Source: Mustelus asterias
Taxonomy: Eukaryota
Reading direction: 5' to 3'
DNA length: 64,000 bases
NCBI RefSeq assembly: GCF_964213995.1
Contig: NW_027590120.1
Location: 434,001 to 498,000 of the forward strand
Shown here in pieces: positions 1-11,955 of this stretch (its first letter is position 1; each line of letters starts with the position of its first letter). Both the position numbers and the translations under genes were made by a program. The notes beneath the pieces were generated by a model. It made no database searches and had not been told where the DNA came from. It saw only the letters and a list, made by a program, of their open reading frames with translations.

Positions 1-428
1 TGATGGACAAGTTGTCTTCATTCTGAACAATGGGGAACAAGCTCCTCCCATTCACTGACAATTTGCCCCTTACAAAGATGGTGATCGCCCATCCACACAT
101 CACCATCTTTATTGGGGGCAGTCATTAAGATCTCAGGGATCTTTGACCTGCTTGATGCAAATGAGGGAACTGGTGAATTTTCTTTCTGCACTGTGAAGAA
201 GCTGTGATGTGAGTTCCTGACTGATGGGGAATGATCACAGACAGCAGTTCTTAAAGGGAAATGGCAACCCTGAAAACACAATCAGCTCTAGATCCAGAAT
301 ATTAAACTCCAGCCCAGTTACAGGGGTTGTTAACATCAGCAGAAACAAACCTCAGATGTCAGAATGAATGTGGCTCACTCCTGGATGTGATTAACAGCAG
401 CAGCTACAGCAGAATCCACTCCCTGCAC

Positions 429-956
<528 letters not shown>

Positions 957-1385
957 GTTGAGTGATTAGTTGAAGCCTCGTCCACACACACAACACATGC
1001 ACAGATTCACATTGCTGTGAATGGTGTGATCTTTTTACAGGCTGTTGACTGGAAAACTAATTTGGTTGTGTGCGCGTCTCGGTGCTTTTCCAGTCACGCT
1101 GAGTCCAGTCATCTTTTCCCACACTCCACATTCAAAGGCTGATGGTGTTCAGGTGCTGCTGAATTGAGCGACTGTTAAATCTTGGTGTGAAACTTGATTC
1201 CATTTTGCTGACTGTAAATCTTCCCCTTCAAATATCCTGCAAAAGGAGTTTACAAAACTACTGTCAGTCCAGGATTGAAATTCTGATCAGACAAGTCTAA
1301 TTTCAAAAAGGAACAACTTTTCTGGTCCTGTTGCCCAAAACAGTAAATCTATGTCCCACACACTCTCCCTCCTCCCTGAGTTGAG

Positions 1386-1668
1386 GGCAGCATGGTGGCA
1401 GTAGTTAGCACTGCTGCCTTACAGCACCACAGACCCAAGTTTGATTCCCAGCTTGGGTCACTATCTGTTTGCACATTCTCCCTGTGTCTGCATGGGTTTT
1501 CTCCAAGTGCTCTGGTTTCCTCCCACGGTCCAAACAGGTGGTTAGGTGGATTGGCTATGCTAAATTACCCTTAGTGTCAGGGGGACTAGCTAGGGTAAAT
1601 GCATGGGGTAATGGGGATAGGGCAGACTCGATGGGCTGAATGGCCTCCTTCTGCACTGTCGGATTCTA
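1386..1668 (+). mobile_element. tRNA-derived SINE (shark HE1-like)
   Basis: A-box/B-box-like head (ggtggcagtagttagc...gtttgattccc), typical body (tgcacattctccctgtgtctgcatgggttt) and CR1-like 3' tail (gggctgaatggcctccttctgcactgt). Confidence 0.8.
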
Positions 1669-1869
1669 TGAGATCTAAATGAAATGTTGCATATTTTTCA
1701 TTCATCCCAACAACTAATTTTTCCAGATCACTCCAAGGCCTGTTCTTCCCCATCTCTGGAATCACCTCTGGCATTGCTCCGATTCTGGCTTCCTGCACAT
1801 TCCCTATTTTAATCACTCCACCATTAGTGACTAGACCTTCAGTGCACAGGGATGACTTCTCAAAGAAGT

Positions 1870-2180
1870 CCTACAGTGCAGAAGGAAAGCATTTGGCCCA
1901 TCAAGTCTGCACCAACTCTGAATATTTTATCCCTGATCTATACCTGTAACCCATGTTTTTACCCCACTAATCCACCTTACCTGTACATCTTTGTACACGA
2001 AGGGGCAATATAGCATGGCCAATCCCCCCTGAGCGTCACATCTTTGGACAGTGGGAGGAAACCAGAGCATCCAGAGGAAACCCACACAATCACAGGGATA
2101 ACGTGCAAACTCCACACAGACAGTGACCCAAGGCTGGAATCGAACCTGGGTCCCTGGAGCTGAGAGGCAGTGTTAACCAC
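1870..2180 (-). mobile_element. tRNA-derived SINE (HE1-like)
   Basis: Reverse complement of the same family; B-box ggttcgattcc near 2135-2146. Confidence 0.8.
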
Positions 2181-2329
2181 CCTGATATTAATGGTGTTTT
2201 ATCAATAGAAGTTGTTGTTGGCTGTAACCCCAAGTTCCAGTTTTCAACAACACAGTTTGTTATGAAATCAATCTGATTTTTTGTGTCCCCTGTGGGTTAT
2301 TCATTTGGTTTCACCCCCAAGAAATACGG

Positions 2330-2425
2330 TGGCTGTGCATGCGTTGTTCCAAATTACCCTCAATAAAGATGGCGGATGCGCAGGCACTTTGCAGTACGTG
2401 GATCCCTATAAAGATGGCGGATATT
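2330..2425. promoter_or_regulatory. Putative promoter with two YY1 motifs (AAGATGGCGG) and an NRF1-like GTGCATGCG
   Basis: aagatggcgg at 2366-2375 and 2411-2420, upstream of ZNF gene 1. Confidence 0.4.
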
Positions 2426-2574
2426 AACTCGGTCCTGAAGCCTTCGGAAGGCCCAAGGAATTTGCTTTGCTAATTGAGGCCAACACCGGGTGTTTATAAA
2501 GCCTCACCACTCACCCACCAACTCCATTTATGTTTCCAGTTTTATTTCGGGCTCTGCATCCGCACTCAGTCTTT

Positions 2575-4845
2575 GTAAACACATTCCTCTTAGAGTGAAG
2601 GGCAAGGCTGGCAGAAGTCGGGAACCCTGGATGACTCGGGATATTGAGGCCCTGGTCAAGAAGAAAGAGGCACATGACATGCATAGGGAGCTGGGATCAA
2701 GTGGATCCCTTGGCGTAAGGGGGTGTAGGAGTAGAGTTAAGCGATAAATCAGGAGGGCAAAAAGGGGACACGAGATTGTTTTGGCAGATAAGGCAAAGGA
2801 GAATCCAAAGAGCTTCTACAAATACATAAAGGGCAAATGAGTAACAAGGGAGAGGGTAGGGCCTCTTAAGGATCAACAAGGTCACCGATGTGAGGATCCA
2901 CAAGAGATGGGTGAGTTCCTATATGAATATTTCTCATCAGTATTTAGTGTTGAGGAAAGCATGGAACTTGGGGAAATAAATAGTGATGTCTTGAGGAGTG
3001 TACATATTACAGAGGTGGTGGTGCTGGAAGTCTTAAACCGCATCAAGGTAGATAAATCCCCAGGAACTGATGAAGTGTATCCCAGGACATTGTGCGAGGC
3101 TCGGGAGGAAATTGCGGTTCCCCTAGCCGAGATATTTGAATCATCGTTAGTCACGGGTGAGGTGCCTGAAGATTGGAGAGTGGCAAATGTTGTGCCTTTG
3201 TTTAAAAAGGGCTGCAGGGGAAAGCCTGGGAACTACAGGCCAGTGAGTCTCACATCTGTGGTGGGTAAATTGTTGGAAGGTATTTTGATCGACAGGCATT
3301 TAGAGACGCAAGGACTGATTAGGGATTTCTTTTTGTTTATTACAAATACGTTAATACAAAACAATTACAAATACACAAAGAACAAATGTGAAAAAAATAC
3401 ATTACCAATGGCTAACGCCATCCATTTATCAGTTACTACCTTCCATTTCGGAAGGGTTCATCGTCAATTACAGTTTTCCAGGGCATTGCCCTCAAAATAC
3501 ACCTCCATTTACAAATCATAATCTACAAATCTACAAACATTAACACAACACTACAACTGTACACAACAAAAAATAAACACTGAAGCATAAGGGCACCGTC
3601 CCCTGGGTTTGTCCACCTGCCGGGGGATGCAACCCTCCAGTGGTACTCATATCCGGGGGTTACACCTTACGGATGTTCAGCCGGAGGGGGGAAATGGGGG
3701 AAACCACCCCGCCTACTCAATCCGGAATCCCTTCCGGAATTTCAGCCGGGGCGGTGGGAGAGTCTCTCCAGGGTACTCAGTTCGGGCCTGCCTTCCCAAT
3801 TTTTCTCCCGGAGAATAAAAATCCCTCTGGTGTTACTATGTCCGGGGCTTCACCACCCAGAACTTTCCCCAAGTGGATGTCACACCCCCCGGGGGTGACT
3901 TTATCCAGGGGGGGATGCCCCCCAGGCCACAAATAACGCAAGAAAATAGACGGGGGCCGGAACAAACCACCAACTATCATAACAGGAACAACATAGCTTT
4001 CTGAGTGGAAAATCATGTCTCACAAACGTGACTGAGTTTTTTGAAGGGGTAACCAAGAAGGTAGATGAGGAGAGTGTAGTTGATGTTGTCTACATGGACT
4101 TTAGCAAGGCCTTTGACAAGGTACCACATGGTAGGTTGTTACACAAGGTTAAATCTCACAGGATCCAGGGTGAGGTGCCTAAATGGATACAAAATTGGCT
4201 TCTTGACAGAAGCCAGAGGATGGTTGTAGTTAACTGTTTTTCAAACTGGAGGCCTGTGACCAGCGGTGTGCCTCAGGGATCAGTGCTGGGTCCACTGTTA
4301 TTTGTCATTTATATTAATGATTTGCATGAGAACATAGGAGGCATGGTTAGTAAGTTTGCAGATGACACTAAGATTGGTGGCATAGTGGACAGTGAAGAAA
4401 GTTATCTCCAATTGCAACAGGATCTTGATCAATTGGACCAGTGGGCTGACAAATGGCAGATGGAGTTTAATTTGGATAAATGCAAGGTGATGCATCTTGG
4501 TAGATCAAACCAGGGCAGGAATTACTCAGCTCAGGAGAGTTATAGAACAAAGAGACCTAGGGGTACAAGTTCATAGCTCCTTGAAAGTAGAGTCACAGAT
4601 GGACAGAGTGGTGAAGAAAGCATTTGGCATGCTTGGTTTCATTGGTCAGAACATTGAATGCAGAAGTTGGCACAATTTGCTGAAGTTGTACAAGACATTG
4701 GGAAGACCACATTTGGAATACTGTGTACAGTTCTGGTCACCCTATTATAGGAAGGATAATATTAAACTAGAAAGTGTGCAGAGAAGTTTTACGAGGATGC
4801 TACCAGGACTTGGTGTGAATTATAAGGAGAGGCTGGATAGAGGGG
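2575..4845 (+). mobile_element. CR1 LINE ORF2 fragment (RT), interrupted at ~3327-3990
   Basis: Peptides [42 protein letters not shown] and RPHLEYCVQFWSP, with stops and frameshifts. Confidence 0.92.
3327..3990 (-). mobile_element. Insertion resembling a 5'-truncated non-LTR retroposon 3' UTR (AATAAA plus A-rich end), nested in CR1
   Basis: Splits the CR1 between ...gattaggga and catagcttt.... The minus strand ends gtaataaacaaaaagaaa after a GT-rich tract. Confidence 0.6.
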
Positions 4846-5589
4846 AGGGGAGGGTAGGGAAGGGGAGGTAGGCAGGCAGGCAGGCAGGCCCCGGCTCCCC
4901 CACTCTCAGGGCACTGAGCTGTGCCTGCCTCCCCACAGGCAGCACTAACTCCAGGCCCAGGCCCTAGCGGGCAGGAGGGGGTGAAGCAGATCCTTACCTG
5001 GGAGGCACTGACATTTCCCCCAGGGCTGTGCAGGGCAGGGTGTGTCAGTGCAGGGGGTCCCGCTCTCTCTGGGCCACGGCCCGAGGCACTGACCAGTCCT
5101 TCCGCACCAACCTAACCTGCTGGCACCGGAGAACCTGCAATTTTCTCCCTAGCCTCCCACTCCTGGGATACACTTCATCAGGTCCTGGGGATTTATCTAC
5201 CTTGGTGCACTTGAAGACATCCAGCACCTCCTCCTCTGCAGCACTATTTTAACCTCAAACAATGAATATAAAACAACATTAGCTATGGAGATAAATTAAA
5301 TTTTAAAAAACAAATTATTGCAAGCTGATCTGCTATGTTAAATTTCTCAAAGTTCTCCTGTGGGACTAGAGATTTAGAAGCTTTTACATTGTCTCCTCTC
5401 TCTCCCCTTCCTCAACTCGGGCTGGATTCAATCACAGTCATTGGTTCCTCTCATTCTGTCTCTTCCTGATTCTGAATATTCATTGTTTTACAGAATGATA
5501 CAGCACAGATGGAAACCATTCAGCTCAGCATGCCTGGAAGATCTATCCAATAAATTCAATAGCCCTGTTGGCAAAGTCAGAATAATAAG

Positions 5590-6135
5590 GCCACACTTGG
5601 AATACTGTGTGCAGTTCTGGTCACCCTATTTTTGAAAGGATATTATTAAACTAGAAAGAGTGCAGAAGAGATTTACTAGGGTGCTACCAGGACTTGATGG
5701 TTTGAGTTATAAGGAGAGGCTGGGACTTTTTTCTCTGGAGCGTAGGAGGCTGAGGGGTGACCTTATAGAGGTCTATAAAATAATGAGGGGCACAGATCAG
5801 CTAGATAGTCAATATCTTTTCCCAATGGTAGGGGAGTCTAAAACTAGAGGGCAGAGGTTTAAGGTGAGAGGGGAGAGATACAGAAGTGCCCAGAGGGGCA
5901 GTTTGTTCACACAGAGGGTGGTGAGTGTCTGGAACAAGCTGCCAGAGGCAGTAGTAGAGGGGGGTACAATTTTGTCTTTTAAAAAGCATTTAGACAGTTA
6001 CATGGGTAAGATGGGTACAGAGAGATATGGGCCAAACGCAGGCAATTGGGACTAGCTTAGGGGTTTTAAAAAGTGCAGCATGGATAAGTTGGGCCGAAGG
6101 GCCAGTTTCCAGGCTGTAAACCTCTGACTCTATAA
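5590..6135 (+). mobile_element. CR1 LINE 3' end
   Basis: ORF 5660-6055 (LERRRLRGDLIEVYKI...) and tail gggccgaagggcc...ctctgactcta. Confidence 0.9.
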
Positions 6136-6386
6136 AAATCCCCATTTAAAACCCGCTCGCTCGAGCTCCTTATCGTCTGCTGTAGGCACTGCGCATGCTC
6201 CAGCTCCCAAACCAGGATGTGGCCGTTAACCTGGGCCTGTTCCCGGGAGGGAGGGAGAAGCCCCGCAGCTGCAAACCAGGGAGCTGACAATGATTCTGAA
6301 GGGTTTGCGGATCCTCCCCAATCTCCAACCGCCGGCTCCGCCGCTGCGATGTTGACTCCGCCCCCACCAGGTTTTATCTGAGTGTT

Positions 6387-6615
6387 GGTCCTCCAGCCCC
6401 GCCCCTCATTCATTCTGATTGGTTGGAGGACCAGCCGCTCCCGCTCGGTCCCCCAGCCCCGCCCCTCATTCACTCCGATTGGTTGGAGGACCAGCCGCAC
6501 CCGCTCGGACCTCCAGACCCGCCCCTCATTCACTCTGATTGGTTGGACGACCAGACGCTCCCGCTCGGTCCTCCAGCCCCGCCCCCTCTTCCTATTGGTC
6601 CGGAGCTGCCGTCAA
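6387..6615 (+). promoter_or_regulatory. 60-bp minisatellite (~3.7 copies), each unit carrying a GC box and an inverted CCAAT box; probable promoter of ZNF gene 2
   Basis: Unit ggtcctccagccccgcccctcattcactctgattggttggaggaccagccgctcccgctc. CpG-rich flank 6150-6380; splice donor gtgagt at ~6749. Confidence 0.7.
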
Positions 6616-7360
6616 TCAGTCCCGGGGCATTGTCCTGATTTAATTTGAGTTTGTTTACTTGGTTTGACCTAAAAAGAGGTCTGAAGCTCAATCTCAATGA
6701 AGATTGAGCTTGAGACAGACTCAAACTTCCTCCTGTCTCTCCAACATCTGTGAGTAAAACACTTTCTTTTCTCCCCCTTTCCATTTCTTTTCTCATTCTG
6801 GGGGAAATTGGGGACTTGCAGCAACTGAAGGAAAAGGAAGTGAATCTAGGGAGGGTGCAGACTCTGGAAAGGTTGGCCCGGGTCTCTCTCTCTCTCTTTT
6901 AAAGACATTTGCTCCCTCAGCTTGACACATTGATTTGTCTGGCTAAAAGGTCCCTTTCCTCGTGTTCACAATTAAAGGGCTGGTTTCCCCAGGAGATGGC
7001 TGACATTTAAAAGAACAATAAATTAATATAGGACAGAGATATGCCTAGTGTTGTTATATTGTAGATTTGATATATTATTTATGGTTCTGTAACAAAGTAC
7101 ATTTATTGTTATTTCTCGTTTTGTAATGTAACACTGAAGCTATGTTATATATTTTCATTCATCGAGTCATTACAGCGCAGAAGGAGTCCATTCAGTAACT
7201 CGAATCCATGCCGACTCTCTGTAGAACAATCCAGTCAGTCCCATTCCCTTTCTATATTCCCTTTCCCCAGCAACTTTATTTCCTTCATGTGCCCATCTAA
7301 TTTCTGAAATATATTAAAGGGGACAGTAAACTAATATCGGACAGAGACACGTCTGATGTT

Positions 7361-7752
7361 TTTTTTATTCATCCTTGGGACACGGGCATTGCCGGCTGGG
7401 CCAGCATTTATTGCCCATCCCTAATTGCCCCTTGAACTGAATGGCTCGCTGGGCCATTTCAGAAGCTGGTTAAGAGTCAACTACATTGCTGTGGCCTCTG
7501 GAGTCACATGTGGGCCAGACTGGGTAAGGACGGCAGATTTCCTTCCCTGAAGCACATTAATGAACCAGATGGGTTTTTAAGTCAATCGACAATGGTTTCA
7601 TGGTCATCAGTAGATTCTTAATTCCAGATTTTGTTTTTAAATTCAAATTCCACCATCTGCTGTGGCAGGATTCGAACCTGGGTCCCCCAGAACATCAGCT
7701 GAGTTTCTGGATTAATAGTCTAGCGATAATACCACGAGGCTATCAGCTCCCC
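7361..7752 (-). mobile_element. tRNA-derived SINE, second family
   Basis: Minus-strand head with B-box ggttcgaatcc near 7667-7680 and an A-rich tail. A related copy lies at ~12590-12965. Confidence 0.65.
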
Positions 7753-9045
7753 TGTTGTTATATGGTACAGATTAGATATATTATTTATAGCTCTGTAATA
7801 AAATACACTTATTATACCTGGCTGTGTAATTTTGGACTGCAGCTATATTATATATTTCCAACAATCTCTTCCCTCAGAGAATTGTTAGATTTCTCTTCCA
7901 TAGGGACCAGTGGAGGGATTGAATATATTCAAGGATGAGTTAGACAGTTTTTGAATGACAAGGGAGTCAATAATTATTGGGGACAGGCTGGAAAATGGAG
8001 AGAAAGCTCAGATGAGACAGGATTTCTTCACTCAAGGATGTGGTGACGTTTTGGATTCTCTACCCCAGAGGACTATGGAGCCTCAGTCATCAAGAATTTT
8101 CAAGAGAGGGGTTGATAGGTTTCTAGATATTGAAGATATCGATGGATATGGGGGACAGTGTGGGGAAAATAATGCAGAGGTAGATCAACCAATAATCTGA
8201 ATGAATGGTTGAGCAGACTCGATGGGCCGAATGCTGACTGCGGCTCCTATTTGTTATGATTTCTGTGCTGGACAGGAAGCAGTGAGCATGGATCTGTCAA
8301 TCAGCCTCAATCAGCACCTTCAGGAGAATTGGGAGGGTGAATATTAGATACAGCAGAGTGAGAATGGAGGGAGAGTGTGTGGGATGGAGATTCACAGCTT
8401 TTGGGGAATGGGAGAGGAAAGAATGTTCATTAGAATCATAGAATTGCTCCATCTTATCAACCGTCCCTGAGCTTTCACAATGAATCCCACTTCTGAGGAC
8501 ACCCTTATCTCTGACTTGTCTGTACTGCTGGCAGTCTCACAAAGCAGCTGCCTGTGTGCTGATACGGGAGGCCCTGCTCGGCAAGTTTAATGCTCCATGA
8601 CTGTGTCTTTAATGAACGCTCCATAGAAACGAGAAATGTCGATTTGAATTTCGATCGTATTCTGAATTGTGATGTTTTTTCTAAATTGACTTACAGGATA
8701 TTAGACAAGGAGAAATCAGACAGAAATCTCCAACATCACATCGAGATCTGACAGAGTGACTCGATCTCTTGGGACCTGAATATCATTGGCCTTTGAATCT
8801 AACAGGAGAAATGTTTGTTTGGCCTCTTGGCTTCAAAAGATTGTAAACATCGCTGTGACTAGAACTGCAGTGAGATACACACACCCGAGTGAGAGTGTTC
8901 CAGTGCAGTGAGTGTGGAAAGAGCTTTAACCAGTTACACAGCCTGAAAATACATCACAGCATTCACAGCGGGAGAGACTGTACCCGTGTTCTGTGTGAGA
9001 TTTAACTGATTGTTTAACCTGGAGAGTCACAAGGACACCCGCACC

Positions 9046-10365
9046 ATGGAGAAACTGTGCAAATGTGGGGACTGTGGGAAGGGATTCAGATACCCATCTG
9101 CACTGGAAATTCATCAACGCAGTCACACTGGGGAGAGGCCATTCACCTGCTCTGTGTGTGGGAAGGCATTCACTCATTCATCCCACCTGCGCAGACACAA
9201 TCTCACTCACACCAATGAGAAACCCTTTAAATGCACTGACTGTGGGAGCGGATTCAGAAGCTCTCAGGATCTGGTGTCCCACCAGCGCACTCACACTGAG
9301 GAGAGACCGTTCAGCTGCTCTCACTGCTCAAAGAGGTTTAAATGGTCATCCACCCTGCGGGTACACCAGCGAGTTCACACTGGGGAGAATCCATTCACCT
9401 GCTCGGTATGTGGAAAGGGATTCACTCTTTCATTCCACCTGCGCAGACACAATCTCACACACACCAATGAGAGACTGTTTAAATGCACTGACTGTGGGAG
9501 CGGATTCAAAAGCTCTGGGGAACTGATGTCCCACCAGCGCACTCACACTGAGGAGAGACCGTTCAGCTGCTCTCACTGCTCAAAGAGGTTTAGAACTTCA
9601 TCCACACTGCAGAGACACCAGCGACTTCACACCGGGGAGAGACCGTTCACCTGCTCTGTGTGTGGGAAGGGATTCACTCAGTTATCCATCCTACTGAAAC
9701 ACAATCTCACTCACACCAATGAGAGACCATTTAAATGCTCTGACTGTGGGAGTGGTTTCAAAAGCTCTGGAGATCTGGTGTCCCACCAGCGCATTCACAC
9801 TGAGGAGAGACCGTTCAGCTGCTCTCACTGCACAAAGAGGTTTAGAAAGCCATCCAGCCTGTGGGGACATCTGCGAATTCATACCGGGGAGAGACCATTC
9901 ACCTGCTCTGTGTGTGGAACAGGATTCACTCAGTTATCCCACCTGCGCAGACACAATCTCACTCATACTAATGAGAGACCGTTTAAATGCTCTGACTGTG
10001 GGAGCGGATTCAAAAGCTCTGGGGAACTGATGATCCACCAGCGCATTCACACTGAGGAGAGACCGTTCAGCTGCTCTCACTGCTCAAAGAGGTTTAGAAC
10101 TTCATCCAACCTGCGGAGACACCAGCGAGTTCACACTGAGGAGAGACCGTTCAGCTGCTCTCAATGCACAAAGAGGTTTAAAAGGTCATCCAACCTGTGG
10201 GAACATCAGCGAGTTCACACTGGGGAAAGACCATTCCCCTGCTGTGTGTGTGGGAAGGGATTCACTACTTCATCCAACCTGCTGACACACAAAGCCACTC
10301 ACTCCAAGGAGAGACCCTTTATTGCTCTGCCTGAGAGGCCGGCTTCAGAAGCTCTCAGGAACTGA
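9046..10365 (+). CDS. C2H2 zinc-finger protein 2 (15 fingers, no KRAB), with degenerate fingers on both sides
   Basis: ORF 9010-10365 with ATG at 9046 (MEKLCKCGDC). Decayed fingers at ~8810-9040 and 10366-10715. Acceptor ttacag at 8691-8696. Confidence 0.92.
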   Translation: MEKLCKCGDCGKGFRYPSALEIHQRSHTGERPFTCSVCGKAFTHSSHLRRHNLTHTNEKPFKCTDCGSGFRSSQDLVSHQRTHTEERPFSCSHCSKRFKWSSTLRVHQRVHTGENPFTCSVCGKGFTLSFHLRRHNLTHTNERLFKCTDCGSGFKSSGELMSHQRTHTEERPFSCSHCSKRFRTSSTLQRHQRLHTGERPFTCSVCGKGFTQLSILLKHNLTHTNERPFKCSDCGSGFKSSGDLVSHQRIHTEERPFSCSHCTKRFRKPSSLWGHLRIHTGERPFTCSVCGTGFTQLSHLRRHNLTHTNERPFKCSDCGSGFKSSGELMIHQRIHTEERPFSCSHCSKRFRTSSNLRRHQRVHTEERPFSCSQCTKRFKRSSNLWEHQRVHTGERPFPCCVCGKGFTTSSNLLTHKATHSKERPFIALPERPASEALRN

Positions 10366-10799
10366 TGATCCCCGAGCACATTCACACCGGGGAGAGGCCG
10401 TTCAGCTGCTCTCACTGTTCAAGGAGGTTTAGAATATCATCAACACTGCTGAAACACCAGTGAGTTCACACCGGGGAGAAACCATTCACCTGCTCGGTGT
10501 GTGAGAAAGGATTTACTCAGTTATCCAGCCTGTCCAGACACAACATCATCACACCCAGGAGAGACCCTTTAAATGTGGGCGTGGCTTCAAAAGCTCTCGG
10601 GAACTAATGTCCCACCAGTGAGTTCACACCAGGCAGAGGCTGGTCACCTGCTCTGACTGGGAAGGGATTCACTCAGTCAGCAAACTTGGTGAAACACCAG
10701 TGAGTTCACAAGTGATTACAGTTCTGGGATTATTCTTGTGAATCTTTCTTGCCCCTTCTCCAGTGCCTCTATTTCCTTTTTCTAAATGGAGATCACAAA

Positions 10800-11955
10800 T
10801 AGAACGTAGAACAGCACAGCACAGGAACAGACCCTTCAGCCCACCATGTTGTGTCGAACATGATGCCAAATTAAACTATTCCTTTCTGCCTGCCCTTGGT
10901 CCATATTCCTCTATTCCTTGCATATTCATGTGTTTATTTAAAACCCCCTTAAACGCCCCTATCGTATCTGCCTCCACCACCACTCCCAGCAACACATTCC
11001 AGACACCTACCACTCTCTGTGTAAAAAACCTTACCTCTCACATCTCCTTTGAACTTTCCCTGTCTCGCCTTATGTACATGCTCCCTGGTATTAGACATAT
11101 CAACTCTGGGGGAAAAGATTCTATGTCTCTCATTTTATAGACTGCTATCAGGTCTCCACTCTCCCTCCACCGCTATCGAGAAAACAACCCTCGTTTGTCA
11201 GTCGCCCACACACTCCAATCCAGGCAACATCCTGGGAAACCTCTTCTGCACCCTCATCAAAGACCAGAACTGAACACAATATTCTAAGTGTGGCCCAAAC
11301 AAAGTTTTATAAAGCTGCAACATGGCATGCTGACTCTTGTACTCAATAAAGGCAAGCATGCCATATGCCTTCTTTACCGACTAAATATTTGTGTGGCTAA
11401 TTTCAGGGAGCTCTGGACTTGAACCCCAAGATCCCTCTGTACATTAACTGTATACTTATCCTTAATATTTGATCTCCCAAAGTGCAGCACCTCACACTTG
11501 CCCGAATTAAAATCCATCTGCCATTTCTCCGCTCATATCTGCAGCTGATCTACATCCCACTGTATCCTTTGACAACCTTCTACACTATCTACAACTCCAT
11601 CTAGCTTTGTGTCGTCTGCAAGCTTACTAACCCACCCATCCACGTTTTCATCCAAGTCATTTATATATATCACAAAGAGCGCAGGTCCCAGTACGGATCC
11701 CTGCAGAACACCACTAGTCATGGACCTCCAGTCAGAAAAACACCCTCCACCACTACTCCCTGACTTCTATGGGCAAGTCAATTCTGAATCCAAGTGGCCA
11801 AGTCACCGTGAATCCCATGCATCTTAATCTTCTGGATGAACCGACCATGAGGGACCTTGTCGAAAGCCTCACTAAAATCCATGTACACAACATCCACTGC
11901 TCTACCCTCATCGATCACCTTCGTCACCTCCTCGATAAAATCGATCAAGTCAGTA
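10800..11955 (-). mobile_element. Degraded CR1 LINE 3' portion
   Basis: GVLQGSVLGP and LADDTK in ORF 11533-11721; CR1 tail at ~10800-10850. Confidence 0.85.

Noticed and set aside
4990-5005. ATCCTTACCTGGGAGG as a U1 snRNA 5' fragment
   Set aside because: Only a short match with no further U1 sequence; equally explained as a minus-strand splice donor.
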